Of a stretch of DNA of 40,964 nucleotides, positions 9,719-18,129 are shown one piece after another; the stretch's first letter is position 1, and every line of letters begins with the position of its first letter. The translations under genes were made by a program, and so were the position numbers. The notes under the pieces were generated by a model. That model was not told where the DNA came from and did not search any database. It saw only the letters and a list, made by a program, of their open reading frames with translations. Location: positions 1 through 40,964 of IMG/VR virus record IMGVR_UViG_3300002092_000011; one strand, given 5' to 3'. Source of the stretch: a virus. Its lineage: Duplodnaviria; Caudoviricetes.

Positions 9719-9913
9719 TTATTCCTTATCGTCGCAATCGAGATCTACTTCGTTTGCGTTTGAGCCAGTCTTTTTAATCATGGCTTCGTTGTTTCCATAA
9801 GTATTGTAAAGCTCGCTCGCTTCAACCTTCACCGGCGTAATATCAACGCCATGAAGTTCCATTTTTTCGACTGAGGCTTCCGGAGCTTTGTCTACGTTGT
9901 CATTTTTTGCCAT
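9719..9913 (-). CDS. Small protein with HG[VT]D motif (copy 1); start revised to MAKNDN
   Basis: MELHGVDITPVK; GGTGG RBS before ATG 9913; the track's longer start overlaps ORF 9900..10046. Confidence 0.55.
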   Translation of the reverse strand: MAKNDNVDKAPEASVEKMELHGVDITPVKVEASELYNTYGNNEAMIKKTGSNANEVDLDCDDKE

Positions 9914-10046
9914 CGGGACCACCATTGAATAAGGTTTTCGGGGAATTCGTTTGCGGAATTTTAACACCCTCTTGGGCGGTTTTTTTGCGGTTCCGGAACG
10001 ATTCAAGCTGAGTCAAAAATGTCTGCTTAGGTTTCGAATCGGCCAT
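9900..10046 (-). CDS. 48-aa hypothetical protein (MADSKPKQTF...)
   Basis: Below track cutoff; GGGGG RBS directly after TerS stop; open to TGA at 9900. Confidence 0.5.
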   Translation of the reverse strand: MADSKPKQTFLTQLESFRNRKKTAQEGVKIPQTNSPKTLFNGGPDGKK

Positions 10047-10062
10047 TTTCAGTTTTCCCCCA

Positions 10063-10707
10063 CTACAAGTTATTCTTCACCCATTCATCGGCGGCGTCCA
10101 GTGGTTTAGAAGTGGGCTCTATATTTTGAACCTGCCCGTCTCCCTCGCCAACAAATTTCGGAGCATCCGGCGAAACCGTGATAGTACGCCCTGCGTCTCG
10201 CTTTTGGTCAAGCCTTTCGAAGAGTTCACGAATTGCACTGGTTTCGAGTTCCACTGTTTGTTTTGGCTTGCCCATCGCACGATCCATAATGTCGATCGCG
10301 GCGGTGAGTTTGGTTTGTGGTTTAGCAACAGGGTCTCTCATGACCGTCTCGACCGCATCCAAGGCTTCAGGGAGTAACTCTTTTAGCCTTTTGGTTATGT
10401 CTTTCCCAAAAAGCCTATGGTTAATCCGCTTCACCTCAAACTTCATACGATCGGACGCTAAAATGACGCTAAGGTTACCGGCGCTCATTCCAAGTTGTTC
10501 GGCTATGTCTTTCTGGGAATGGCCCAGCGCGGCTAGATAGGCAATCGTTTGGTATTTCGGCTTATTAAAATCGATCTCGGTTTGTCTCCAACTCGAAATA
10601 GCCACATCCTCGGGTCTTTCAATCCCGGCCTCCTGCATCTCCCTGACCGTTTTGTGGTCTAGCTTCACTTTTGGTGTTTCTGAATTTTCGTCACTCATAG
10701 TATTCAT
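10063..10707 (-). CDS. terS: Terminase small subunit (HTH-containing)
   Basis: HTH (SQKDIAEQLGMSAGNLSVIL), helical oligomerization region and DRAMGKPKQTVEL; first gene of packaging operon. Confidence 0.7.
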   Translation of the reverse strand: MNTMSDENSETPKVKLDHKTVREMQEAGIERPEDVAISSWRQTEIDFNKPKYQTIAYLAALGHSQKDIAEQLGMSAGNLSVILASDRMKFEVKRINHRLFGKDITKRLKELLPEALDAVETVMRDPVAKPQTKLTAAIDIMDRAMGKPKQTVELETSAIRELFERLDQKRDAGRTITVSPDAPKFVGEGDGQVQNIEPTSKPLDAADEWVKNNL

Positions 10708-10751
10708 CTTAAGTTATCCTATTTTAGAATAAACCGACAACGGGGGCGCAA

Positions 10752-11573
10752 TTGAGTCTTTCCACAACCATTAATTACAATTCCTCAAGTCAGTTCTCTT
10801 TTGCAAGCGGTTCGATATCGGTAACCTCTAGCGCCTCTTTAGTTTCTTCGATGGGTCTTTACCCGATAACCAACCCCGCAATCAGCACTCAATACAACGT
10901 TGTCGTTTCGGCTCTTTCCGGATTTACCGATAGTTTTACCGGCTCTGGCGGAGACACCGTCCAATATCAACTTTTAGTGAATGGAACTTGCTACTGGTAT
11001 GACACGGTTGCCTTGGCGTGGTCTGTGGCCACTCAAGGGAGTTACGCCCAAAGCAACACAACCGCCCAAATAAATTCAAATGCGTCTACTTTGGTTTCAT
11101 CGCTCGCTTTGAGTGGAAATATTTATATTTCAGTGGTTGCCATGCTTCATTCGAACAACGGAAGCACAACCCCAACTCTTACCTCGGTGACGTTGTCTTA
11201 TACTTTCACAAATGCTTCGGTTGCTGCGATCTCTACCAACACAATCTCACTTTACCTTAAAGATATTCTCGCCGCTGTTCCCGCCTACAACGCTCAGCAA
11301 CCGAACGTCCTTTACATTAAAAGCGACAAAGCTTTCATGCATTCCAATCGGCTAATTGTTCCTTTTTGCAAAACCGCCACTTTTGACTCAAGCGGATTTG
11401 TTTCTCTCGCGGTAATCGAAACGGAAACCCCAGGCTACCCACTACAATTCGGGATTAGCTTTTATGAAGGAAACTCTCGGAAAGAAGTTAAATTCCGGCC
11501 GGCGATTGTGCCAAACACGGCTAGCTCTTCTTTGAACGCTATTACCGTCGTCGACACGATAGACTTCGGTTAA
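10752..11573 (+). CDS. Ser/Thr-rich putative virion structural protein
   Basis: 273 aa beta-rich, LHSNNGSTTPTLTSVTLSY motif typical of phage structural beta-sandwiches; GGGGG RBS, TTG start; opposite strand to morphogenesis operon. Confidence 0.55.
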   Translation: MSLSTTINYNSSSQFSFASGSISVTSSASLVSSMGLYPITNPAISTQYNVVVSALSGFTDSFTGSGGDTVQYQLLVNGTCYWYDTVALAWSVATQGSYAQSNTTAQINSNASTLVSSLALSGNIYISVVAMLHSNNGSTTPTLTSVTLSYTFTNASVAAISTNTISLYLKDILAAVPAYNAQQPNVLYIKSDKAFMHSNRLIVPFCKTATFDSSGFVSLAVIETETPGYPLQFGISFYEGNSRKEVKFRPAIVPNTASSSLNAITVVDTIDFG

Positions 11574-11833
11574 GTCATTCTCTCTTTGTTAATTTCGAGA
11601 AGAATGTCATGAACCTTTTTCTCTGCCTCGTCACAACGATCAGATAACCATTGGGAGGCCTCTTGTTCCGAGACGTTTTCATCAGAGCCTTTCTCGAAAA
11701 GACTCGCTAGAGAATCGAGATAGCCAGAATAAAAAGCTAACTCTACGTCGCGGGCTTGGTGCGGGTCTTCGATTTGGCGCCCGCCGGAATAGCTTTTATA
11801 AAAACGAAAGAACGCATCCCGAATTGTTTTCAT
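11570..11833 (-). CDS. Hypothetical protein
   Basis: GAGG RBS, ATGA coupling, AFYSG motif common in small phage proteins. Confidence 0.6.
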   Translation of the reverse strand: MKTIRDAFFRFYKSYSGGRQIEDPHQARDVELAFYSGYLDSLASLFEKGSDENVSEQEASQWLSDRCDEAEKKVHDILLEINKERMT

Positions 11834-12078
11834 ACGTCCTCTTTCAGGTAGTGTTCGACCATGTCTACGATCGCAGTCTCTTGACTCGTTAAGTGAGGTT
11901 CTTGTCGGACTAACTCACAATAATCCAAAGTCACTTTGATTTTTTTTTCGAGCTTGTCTGCAACCTCACCCTTCTCTTGGTAGTAAACCATTTGCTTTGC
12001 AAGCACGTTCAATCGCCTTCGAAGTTCTTCGATCTCTTCTTGTTCCATTGTGATCATTGACATCGTTTGTGTACCCAA
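11830..12078 (-). CDS. Hypothetical coiled-coil protein
   Basis: Packed operon; exact start uncertain. Confidence 0.5.
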   Translation of the reverse strand: MGTQTMSMITMEQEEIEELRRRLNVLAKQMVYYQEKGEVADKLEKKIKVTLDYCELVRQEPHLTSQETAIVDMVEHYLKEDV

Positions 12079-12251
12079 ATCCTTGCTTCCACCACAGTGG
12101 TCCCGTCGTCACCCTCATCTATGCATTTCATAAGTTGAGGATCGCAAGAGCACTCAGCACTTGGCTCATGCAAATTCTCGTCCTCGTCTTCCGGAACCAT
12201 GTGGAGGCCTTCACATTCCAACTCTTTTTCGTCTTCATCGTACATTCTCAC
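12054..12251 (-). CDS. Small His/Cys putative metal-binding protein
   Basis: H..P..D...H....CxCxP....WVH pattern. Confidence 0.5.
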   Translation of the reverse strand: MRMYDEDEKELECEGLHMVPEDEDENLHEPSAECSCDPQLMKCIDEGDDGTTVVEARIWVHKRCQ

Positions 12252-12265
12252 AAGCTAAAGAAACC

Positions 12266-12607
12266 TTACTTTGAAGGCACTGCGCTTTGCGCCAATTCAG
12301 CATCTTTTTTTGTCTCGGCAGTAATTCTCTCTTCAGCGGTTTTAATCGACATTCCGTAGTGATACCCAAAGACCGCATTTAAGACCCTGCCTGAGATTAA
12401 CCAACGCTCTTGCTCCTCAAACGTTTTTAGCTCTTCAATGATCATTTTTTGTACCTTATCGGTAAGGTTTTGAACTTTACTAAAAGTGTCGATTACTTCT
12501 TTTTTGTTTTTTTTATCGGCCAACTTAATCTCTTTAGACGCTAAGGACTTGGCTTTTTTTCTAGAAGTCTTCTCTGGTTTGATTTTCTCGGCTGTTTTTT
12601 TCTTCAT
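12266..12607 (-). CDS. Hypothetical protein with Lys-rich N-terminus
   Basis: GAGGGAG RBS; 113 aa. Confidence 0.6.
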   Translation of the reverse strand: MKKKTAEKIKPEKTSRKKAKSLASKEIKLADKKNKKEVIDTFSKVQNLTDKVQKMIIEELKTFEEQERWLISGRVLNAVFGYHYGMSIKTAEERITAETKKDAELAQSAVPSK

Positions 12608-12914
12608 CGTTACTCCCTCTTATTTTAAATTTTCCATCTAACCGTTTTTGGTTTAGGAATTCTCGAAACCAACTCTTGTGAGGTTCCTGCATTGATTCAC
12701 CAGGACCTTTGTCTACTAAATACCAAATCCCTTTTTCTACCGACAAGCCATAAACTTTCTGGATCGGTTCGAAGTTCTCAATCACATAGGTCCAGTAAGT
12801 CTTATCGTCGAGCCTTTGACCCGCTACCGATCCTCCGCCAGAACCAAGCGAAGGCAATTTAGTTTTAGCTTTAGCCTCTTCTTTTCTACGATCTAGCTCA
12901 TCTTGATCGAACAT
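12561..12914 (-). CDS. Hypothetical protein (start revised to MFDQDE, 117 aa)
   Basis: GGGGTTGGA upstream of ATG 12914; the track's upstream extension looks non-coding. Confidence 0.5.
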   Translation of the reverse strand: MFDQDELDRRKEEAKAKTKLPSLGSGGGSVAGQRLDDKTYWTYVIENFEPIQKVYGLSVEKGIWYLVDKGPGESMQEPHKSWFREFLNQKRLDGKFKIRGSNDEEKNSRENQTREDF

Positions 12915-13415
12915 ATCCAACCCCAGGTTGAGAGCACACGTATACCAAATATAAGACTTACGCTTTCCCCATAGTTCAACCCCAACAATCTTCCTACTGC
13001 AACCTAATCGGTCTAGGTGTTCAGAAGAACAACATAGGCTTGGGCCACAGACCAACCAAATCTGCATCGGCGGAGGCGCTTTGTGCTGCCCCTACTATCT
13101 CGGATTTAACCGAACGCGTCCCAACCCATTGACACAACCCCAGTATAGAGTCGCACCTCGTAACCCTTCACTTGCTCGAGCGTTATTAAACGAACCCCAA
13201 GCTATGCTACCCCGTAAGGGAGGAACCCCAGTTCCCACGCAGATCACAGACCGTTGAGTCTCTCTACGATGTAGGCCCTATGAAGCTGGCCCCGCGCTTA
13301 ATTTCCGATTGACTGTGTTATTCGGTGAGAAGTAACTTCCACTCAATCGTAGTTTAAGCACTTCGATAAAACCTCCGGGCGGAAAAAGCGTCAAGCTCTT
13401 TCTCCGGGGGTTTAT
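12915..13415. other. About 500-bp non-coding region with five AACCCCA repeats and inverted repeats (candidate origin or long leader RNA)
   Basis: AACCCCA at 12919, 12978, 13136, 13193, 13224; IR AAACCTCCGG (13369-78) / CCGGGGGTTT (13404-13) flanking a minus-strand TTGACG. Confidence 0.4.
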
Positions 13416-13430
13416 TTTTAAGGGGGAAGA

Positions 13431-13667
13431 ATGGGACGATTTACCTATATCGGTTACGATGAAGAACACGCCAAAGTTCAAACAGCCCTAAAAACTATTT
13501 TTGAATTAGCTGAGCACGCTTGCGACCAACTTGAAGACGGGAGAGCAAAGGCGTTGTGCCTAACAAAACTAGAGGAATCTTACATGTGGGCCGGTAAATC
13601 GATCCGAGATTCACAGATTAAAAAAAATAGCCCCCCGGCTGAAATTCCGCCAAGTGAAGTAAAATAA
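13431..13667 (+). CDS. Acb2/Tad1-like helical-hairpin protein (candidate anti-defence nucleotide sponge)
   Basis: GRAKALCLTKLEESYMWAGKSI resembles the R..LA.TKLEE..MW..K motif of the Acb2/Tad1 hairpin superfamily; AAGGGGG RBS. Confidence 0.5.
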   Translation: MGRFTYIGYDEEHAKVQTALKTIFELAEHACDQLEDGRAKALCLTKLEESYMWAGKSIRDSQIKKNSPPAEIPPSEVK

Positions 13668-13671
13668 TTTT

Positions 13672-13804
13672 GTCCGGTGCCGTGGTAGTAAAGCCCTTGT
13701 AGACCAATAAAGGATAGGGAGGGTTGAGTGCGAGCCGAATATGGGGACCAAATTCTTCCCCACTCGCAGCTAGAGGCGGCTTAAAAGGTTTAGAACTGCC
13801 GGGC
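13672..13804 (+). ncRNA. Candidate structured ncRNA
   Basis: Closing stem GTCCGGT/GCCGGGC (G-U pairs on + strand), nested TGCGAG/CTCGCA and TGGGGA/TCCCCA; intergenic; TAAAAT 6 nt upstream. Confidence 0.4.
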
Positions 13805-13954
13805 CTCGTTCACTATCTTTTTTGATGCTTGCCTGGCGCGTTTTTTGTTTGGCTCTGGAACCACAAGCTCCTGATCGCATTTATCACACCAAACTAGTTC
13901 TCGTTTTGCCCCGTAAGCCCGAGCGGTTTTTTTCTTTCGGTGAATGTGTGCCAT
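13790..13954 (-). CDS. 54-aa basic CxxC protein (MAHIHRKKK...WCDKCD)
   Basis: Below track cutoff; starts 3 nt after the NlpC/P60 stop. Confidence 0.45.
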   Translation of the reverse strand: MAHIHRKKKTARAYGAKRELVWCDKCDQELVVPEPNKKRARQASKKIVNEARQF

Positions 13955-13957
13955 ATA

Positions 13958-14395
13958 TCAGTGGTCAGCTAAATCATATTCAGGCATAAAACACCCAACG
14001 TAATCGGCTTCGAAAAAACGAATCGGCCGAACGCGAGAGATCGCTTTCTTTTGAATGGCGGTTGCGAGGTTTGTTACGGTCTCGTCCCCACTACCGGCTT
14101 CCAACATACGGCGCCTAGTCATGCAAAATGCGACATGGTGAATTTTAGGTTTGCCCCAAAATACTAACGCGGCAAACTGCGGGTCCTGGGAAATGTGATT
14201 CGCGGGTTGTGAAAAATAGTCGTAAAGCCCTTGAGCGGTGAGTCGAACCCCAACGTGAGGGTGAGCCCCCACTGAAAGCAAAAGAACCTCAACCAAGCCC
14301 GAACAGTCCATCCCGGTGCCTTCCATAGGAAGGTCGCCGCCCCACAGATAGGGCTTATGGAGTAACGAAACTGCCGTGTCGTAAAGTAGTTTCAT
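13958..14395 (-). CDS. NlpC/P60 (C40) cell-wall peptidase, probable endolysin
   Basis: PYLWGG, MDCSGLV (catalytic Cys), IHHVAF (His). Confidence 0.88.
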   Translation of the reverse strand: MKLLYDTAVSLLHKPYLWGGDLPMEGTGMDCSGLVEVLLLSVGAHPHVGVRLTAQGLYDYFSQPANHISQDPQFAALVFWGKPKIHHVAFCMTRRRMLEAGSGDETVTNLATAIQKKAISRVRPIRFFEADYVGCFMPEYDLADH

Positions 14396-14462
14396 ATAGG
14401 CTTGTTTTTAGTTAGAGGTTACCATCTAATTGTAACGCTCTATTTTTGGGATTGGGGAAAAT

Positions 14463-15872
14463 ATGTCAGGCGGCGGAAGAATTGAAACGTCCATCATCGC
14501 GCCCGGCGCGAACGGTAGCATTGGCGGCGGCGGTTCCTCGGGACAAATAGCGTATTGGAGCGCCGGGGCGACACTAGCCGGAAGTTCTGGGCTTACTTTT
14601 AACGGAAGCACCGTTGGCATCGGCGGAGCGGCGGCCTCAAACCTGGGCTTGCGCATATCCGGAACTATAACCTCCGGCAACATCACTCAATCTGCAATTT
14701 ATTCGGCCGTAACCTTCCCGTCGGACGCGACCACTGCGGGCTACGGAATTAACATTTCCCCTAGTTCCGCTGCGAGCGCCTTCACCATGGGTCTCATGGC
14801 GGACGTGTTTGCTGATAGTCCAAGTCAGGGCGCGGGAAGCACGATCACTCGTTTTGTTAATTATTACGGAACGCAAGTCACCGGCACTATTTCGAACGCG
14901 GCATTTCTCGCGGACAATTCTTCTTTTTCTGGTTACTGGTTTTTAAATCAGTCAGGAACAACCAACAACCTACTTTCCGGCCCTCTAGCCATAGGGATTG
15001 GTTCCACGAGCGGTAACACTCTTCTTTCGATTCGGAAGGACCAGGCGGGAATAACGAGAGGAAGCGTAGTCAACGGCAGTGTCGGCGCCAATGCCTCGGC
15101 CCAGCTTCAACTTACCGGTGCGGATGACTTAAACATATTCTCGGACGGTTCCGGCAACGGAAGTCTTGCTGGTATTTCTTCGAGTGGCAATCATTCTGGT
15201 TTCCAAATCACACAGCTTGGCGCGAAACCGATTTACTTTAAAAACAATGGGGTCGTGGCCCTAACCTTAGATTCTTCTCAAAACGCTATTATCGGCGGCG
15301 CTCTTTACGTTGGAACCGGCGGAATTCAACTAAATTATAACGCTGTGGCCTCGGCGGTTTCTGCAATCACTTCCGGCGTAAGTACTGGGGCGGTTCTTGT
15401 TGGCGGAGACACCTCCAATACATCTGGAGGAACTATTAAGTTGTGGGGCCATACATCCTCCAGCCCAGACCAAATTGACTTTTCTACTGCCAACGTTCTT
15501 CGTATGAGCATTTCCGGCGCCGGGGACGTCAGTGTTAAATCTAGTGTGTCAGGGTTAGGCATGGTCGCTAATGGTGCAGGGCTCATAAATATTGTCGATA
15601 ACGGGACACAAACCTACAACTTGGGAACGAATGCCAACGGGCTACTGATCGTTGTTAATAATTCAAACGGGGTGTCGGCAATTTTTCATGTTCATGACTG
15701 GAATGCCCCCGGCATCGCGATCATTTCAGATCCGGCAACCGCATTCTCTGTGACCGCCGGAACCGGCTCAAGAACAAACGTAACCAATCCCAGCCAGGCC
15801 GGCACTATCACCGTTGAAAACAAAACAGGGGCGACCCGTTCATACAACGTTATGTTTTATAGAGCTGCATAA
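14463..15872 (+). CDS. Tail fibre/spike-like protein
   Basis: 469 aa G/S/T/N-rich; GQIAYW, VGIG, LRMSISGAGDV fibre-type repeats; GGGG RBS. Confidence 0.7.
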   Translation: MSGGGRIETSIIAPGANGSIGGGGSSGQIAYWSAGATLAGSSGLTFNGSTVGIGGAAASNLGLRISGTITSGNITQSAIYSAVTFPSDATTAGYGINISPSSAASAFTMGLMADVFADSPSQGAGSTITRFVNYYGTQVTGTISNAAFLADNSSFSGYWFLNQSGTTNNLLSGPLAIGIGSTSGNTLLSIRKDQAGITRGSVVNGSVGANASAQLQLTGADDLNIFSDGSGNGSLAGISSSGNHSGFQITQLGAKPIYFKNNGVVALTLDSSQNAIIGGALYVGTGGIQLNYNAVASAVSAITSGVSTGAVLVGGDTSNTSGGTIKLWGHTSSSPDQIDFSTANVLRMSISGAGDVSVKSSVSGLGMVANGAGLINIVDNGTQTYNLGTNANGLLIVVNNSNGVSAIFHVHDWNAPGIAIISDPATAFSVTAGTGSRTNVTNPSQAGTITVENKTGATRSYNVMFYRAA

Positions 15873-15883
15873 AAAGGAGACAT

Positions 15884-17584
15884 ATGTCCGGGGCTATCGA
15901 AAGTAGAATTTTAGGAAGCACAAGCGGCGGCGGAACTAACCCGCTTACAACCAAAGGTGATCTCTTTACTTGGGATACCGGCGCGCAAAGGCTTCCAGTT
16001 GGAAGTGATGGGCAAGTCCTCACTGCCGACTCCGGACAGGCAACCGGACTAAAATGGGCGACCGTTTCTGGAACCGGAACGGTTACCTCGGTTGCGATGA
16101 CTGTTCCTGCTTTTCTGTCAGTAGCCGGAAGCCCGGTTACAACAACGGGAACCCTAGCAATATCGCTTTCTGGAACCGCACTCCCAATCGCAAATGGCGG
16201 AACCGGGGCCACAACCGCGAACCCCGCATTTAACGCTTTATCCCCACTCACTACAAAGGGAGACGTTCTTGGATTTAGCACGGTAAACGCGCGCCTTGGC
16301 GTTGGCTCTGACGGGCAAGTTTTAACGGCGGACGCTGCGAGCACTCTAGGTTTTAAGTGGGCGGCGGCGGCCGGCGGAATAACGGCTTTAACCGGAGATG
16401 TTACGGCTTCGGGTTCCGGATCGGTAGCGGCAACTGTTGCTGCGATCGCAGGCGTGGCAGTGGGAACTCCAACCGGAACAGGAAATGTCGTTTTCTCGGC
16501 AGGCCCGACATTCACTGGAACTATTACAGCGGCGACAATCACCGCGTCCGGAAAAATCACCGGTTCGAATGCGACGAGCTTTACCGCATCGGGCTCAACT
16601 TATTGTTACGATATGACGGCAACGACGGCGCTTTTTGGCCGAATCTCCACGGCAGCGGATACAGGAACGATCACTTGGCAGTCGAACACCGCAACCAATA
16701 ACGACACTCACGGCGGCGCGTCCATAAAGCTCACGGCAAACGACGCTACCGCTGCAAACTCCGGGTCGCTTGATTTATTCGCATTCGGAACCGGCGGAGC
16801 ATCTACAAACCAAATTACGTTTAACGTTCGCGCCGGAGTTAGCACCACTAACGAGGTAATGAAGGTCGTTAATGGCGGCCTTTTGATGGACTCTGGTAAA
16901 GCCATCCAAATGCAAGGCTCTGGTGCCTTCACCTCGGGAACTGGTTTCACTACGATGCAGGGCCAAACGATTTTCGTTAATCATGGCGTTTATAGCGGAA
17001 ATAGTAGCGCTGCGATCGACACCCGCGCCTTTTCTAGAAATGGATGGGGCCTTTCTGGTGATCTTGGAAGTGCTGCCACTACCTATGGATTTTGGATAGA
17101 TCCTGCGCCAAAGTCGACGAGCACTACCCAATGGTCTGAGCTTTACACTTATGCGAATGGAAATACCGGAACGATCACTTGGACCGAAATGAACGCGGTC
17201 TTTATCGACCAACCAAACCTTTTCGCAAACAACACGGCCACTCGGCTCAATCAGATAAGAATTTATCCCCTAACTCCGGTCGCGGGAACTATCACAAACG
17301 GCGCCTTAATTGCCGATAACGTGGCATACACCGGAAAATGGAACATCAATTTAACTTCCACAAACCCGAGCCAATTCGGCGGATCTCTAATCGCGGGGCC
17401 TGGGTCTCTCGCGACTAACGCAACTGATGGGTTTTTGTACATTAGCGGCGGAAGCGGAACCCCAACGGGCGTGCCCACGACACAGACCGGAACCTACGCA
17501 ATGTATTGGGACCACACCAATAAAAAGCTGTATGTTTATGACGGCTCGTGGCTAGGCGGAACGTCCCCTGGAATATTCGTTTAG
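15884..17584 (+). CDS. Tail fibre-like protein
   Basis: Two PLTTKGD...RL.VGSDGQVLTAD...KW repeats, GTVTSV and LPIANGGTG motifs, C-terminal YWDHTNKKLYVYDGSW; AGGAG RBS. Confidence 0.78.
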   Translation: MSGAIESRILGSTSGGGTNPLTTKGDLFTWDTGAQRLPVGSDGQVLTADSGQATGLKWATVSGTGTVTSVAMTVPAFLSVAGSPVTTTGTLAISLSGTALPIANGGTGATTANPAFNALSPLTTKGDVLGFSTVNARLGVGSDGQVLTADAASTLGFKWAAAAGGITALTGDVTASGSGSVAATVAAIAGVAVGTPTGTGNVVFSAGPTFTGTITAATITASGKITGSNATSFTASGSTYCYDMTATTALFGRISTAADTGTITWQSNTATNNDTHGGASIKLTANDATAANSGSLDLFAFGTGGASTNQITFNVRAGVSTTNEVMKVVNGGLLMDSGKAIQMQGSGAFTSGTGFTTMQGQTIFVNHGVYSGNSSAAIDTRAFSRNGWGLSGDLGSAATTYGFWIDPAPKSTSTTQWSELYTYANGNTGTITWTEMNAVFIDQPNLFANNTATRLNQIRIYPLTPVAGTITNGALIADNVAYTGKWNINLTSTNPSQFGGSLIAGPGSLATNATDGFLYISGGSGTPTGVPTTQTGTYAMYWDHTNKKLYVYDGSWLGGTSPGIFV

Positions 17585-17586
17585 GG

Positions 17587-17614
17587 TTGACAGTTCTTCA
17601 AAAAAAAATAGTCT
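17587..17614 (+). promoter_or_regulatory. Sigma-70-type promoter, likely leaderless
   Basis: TTGACA-16-TAGTCT; ATG 7 nt downstream with no Shine-Dalgarno. Confidence 0.5.
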
Positions 17615-17621
17615 TTGCGGT

Positions 17622-17996
17622 ATGAAAATAGATTTTAATGTTGAACTGATTAATCCTCTTACTGAGGCCCCTTTTGAATTCGAAATGAAAGAAGGGCAGA
17701 AGGTAAAGAAATATAACCCCACACTAAAAACCGTGGCCGTTGAAAGCCTTAGTGTTTTAATGACAGGGGAAGAGATGTTAAGCGGCTTAGAAAAGTTTAA
17801 GCGCGGTCAACTCGCCGTCAAAATCAACAACGCTAAAGAGCCACTGGAAGTTTCAGTGGAAGAGGTTGCCCTCATTAAGGACATTACCGGGAAGCTTTAT
17901 CCGCCGGTAACGATGGCCGCGATCTGGGGGTTACTTGAGAGCCTCGAAAGCCCGAATAAGGGTCCGACCTTAGTAGAAGGCACCTCGGGCAAGTAA
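17622..17996 (+). CDS. Putative tail-fibre assembly/chaperone-like protein
   Basis: MKIDFN...TLK....L.....EK..R..LA.KI......EVSVEEVALIK pattern, typical of genes following fibres. Confidence 0.5.
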   Translation: MKIDFNVELINPLTEAPFEFEMKEGQKVKKYNPTLKTVAVESLSVLMTGEEMLSGLEKFKRGQLAVKINNAKEPLEVSVEEVALIKDITGKLYPPVTMAAIWGLLESLESPNKGPTLVEGTSGK

Positions 17997-18120
17997 CCTT
18001 GTCCCAGTTGTCTTCCGAATTATCCTCAGGCGCACGATAAATAGAATATCCAATTCCGCAAGGGTATTGCTTTGGGTATTTCTTGTCGAACTTGTGAATT
18101 CTAAAATAATTTTTTCCCAT
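17884..18120 (-). CDS. Small His/Cys zinc-finger-like protein
   Basis: H...CG....VTCPRCL; converges on and overlaps 17622..17996. Confidence 0.4.
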   Translation of the reverse strand: MGKNYFRIHKFDKKYPKQYPCGIGYSIYRAPEDNSEDNWDKVTCPRCLLLRSDPYSGFRGSQVTPRSRPSLPADKASR

Positions 18121-18129
18121 AAATCAAAG

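Noticed and set aside
13129-13150. Perfect TTGACA at 13129 as a + strand promoter
   Set aside because: The nearest -10-like hexamer (TATAGA) is only about 9 nt away; none at 16-18 nt
15850-17478. Long antisense ORFs opposite the fibre genes (for example 15850..16560), and 33099..33746 opposite the ejection gene
   Set aside because: Typical shadow ORFs of Gly/Ala/Thr-rich coding sequence; no RBS or motifs
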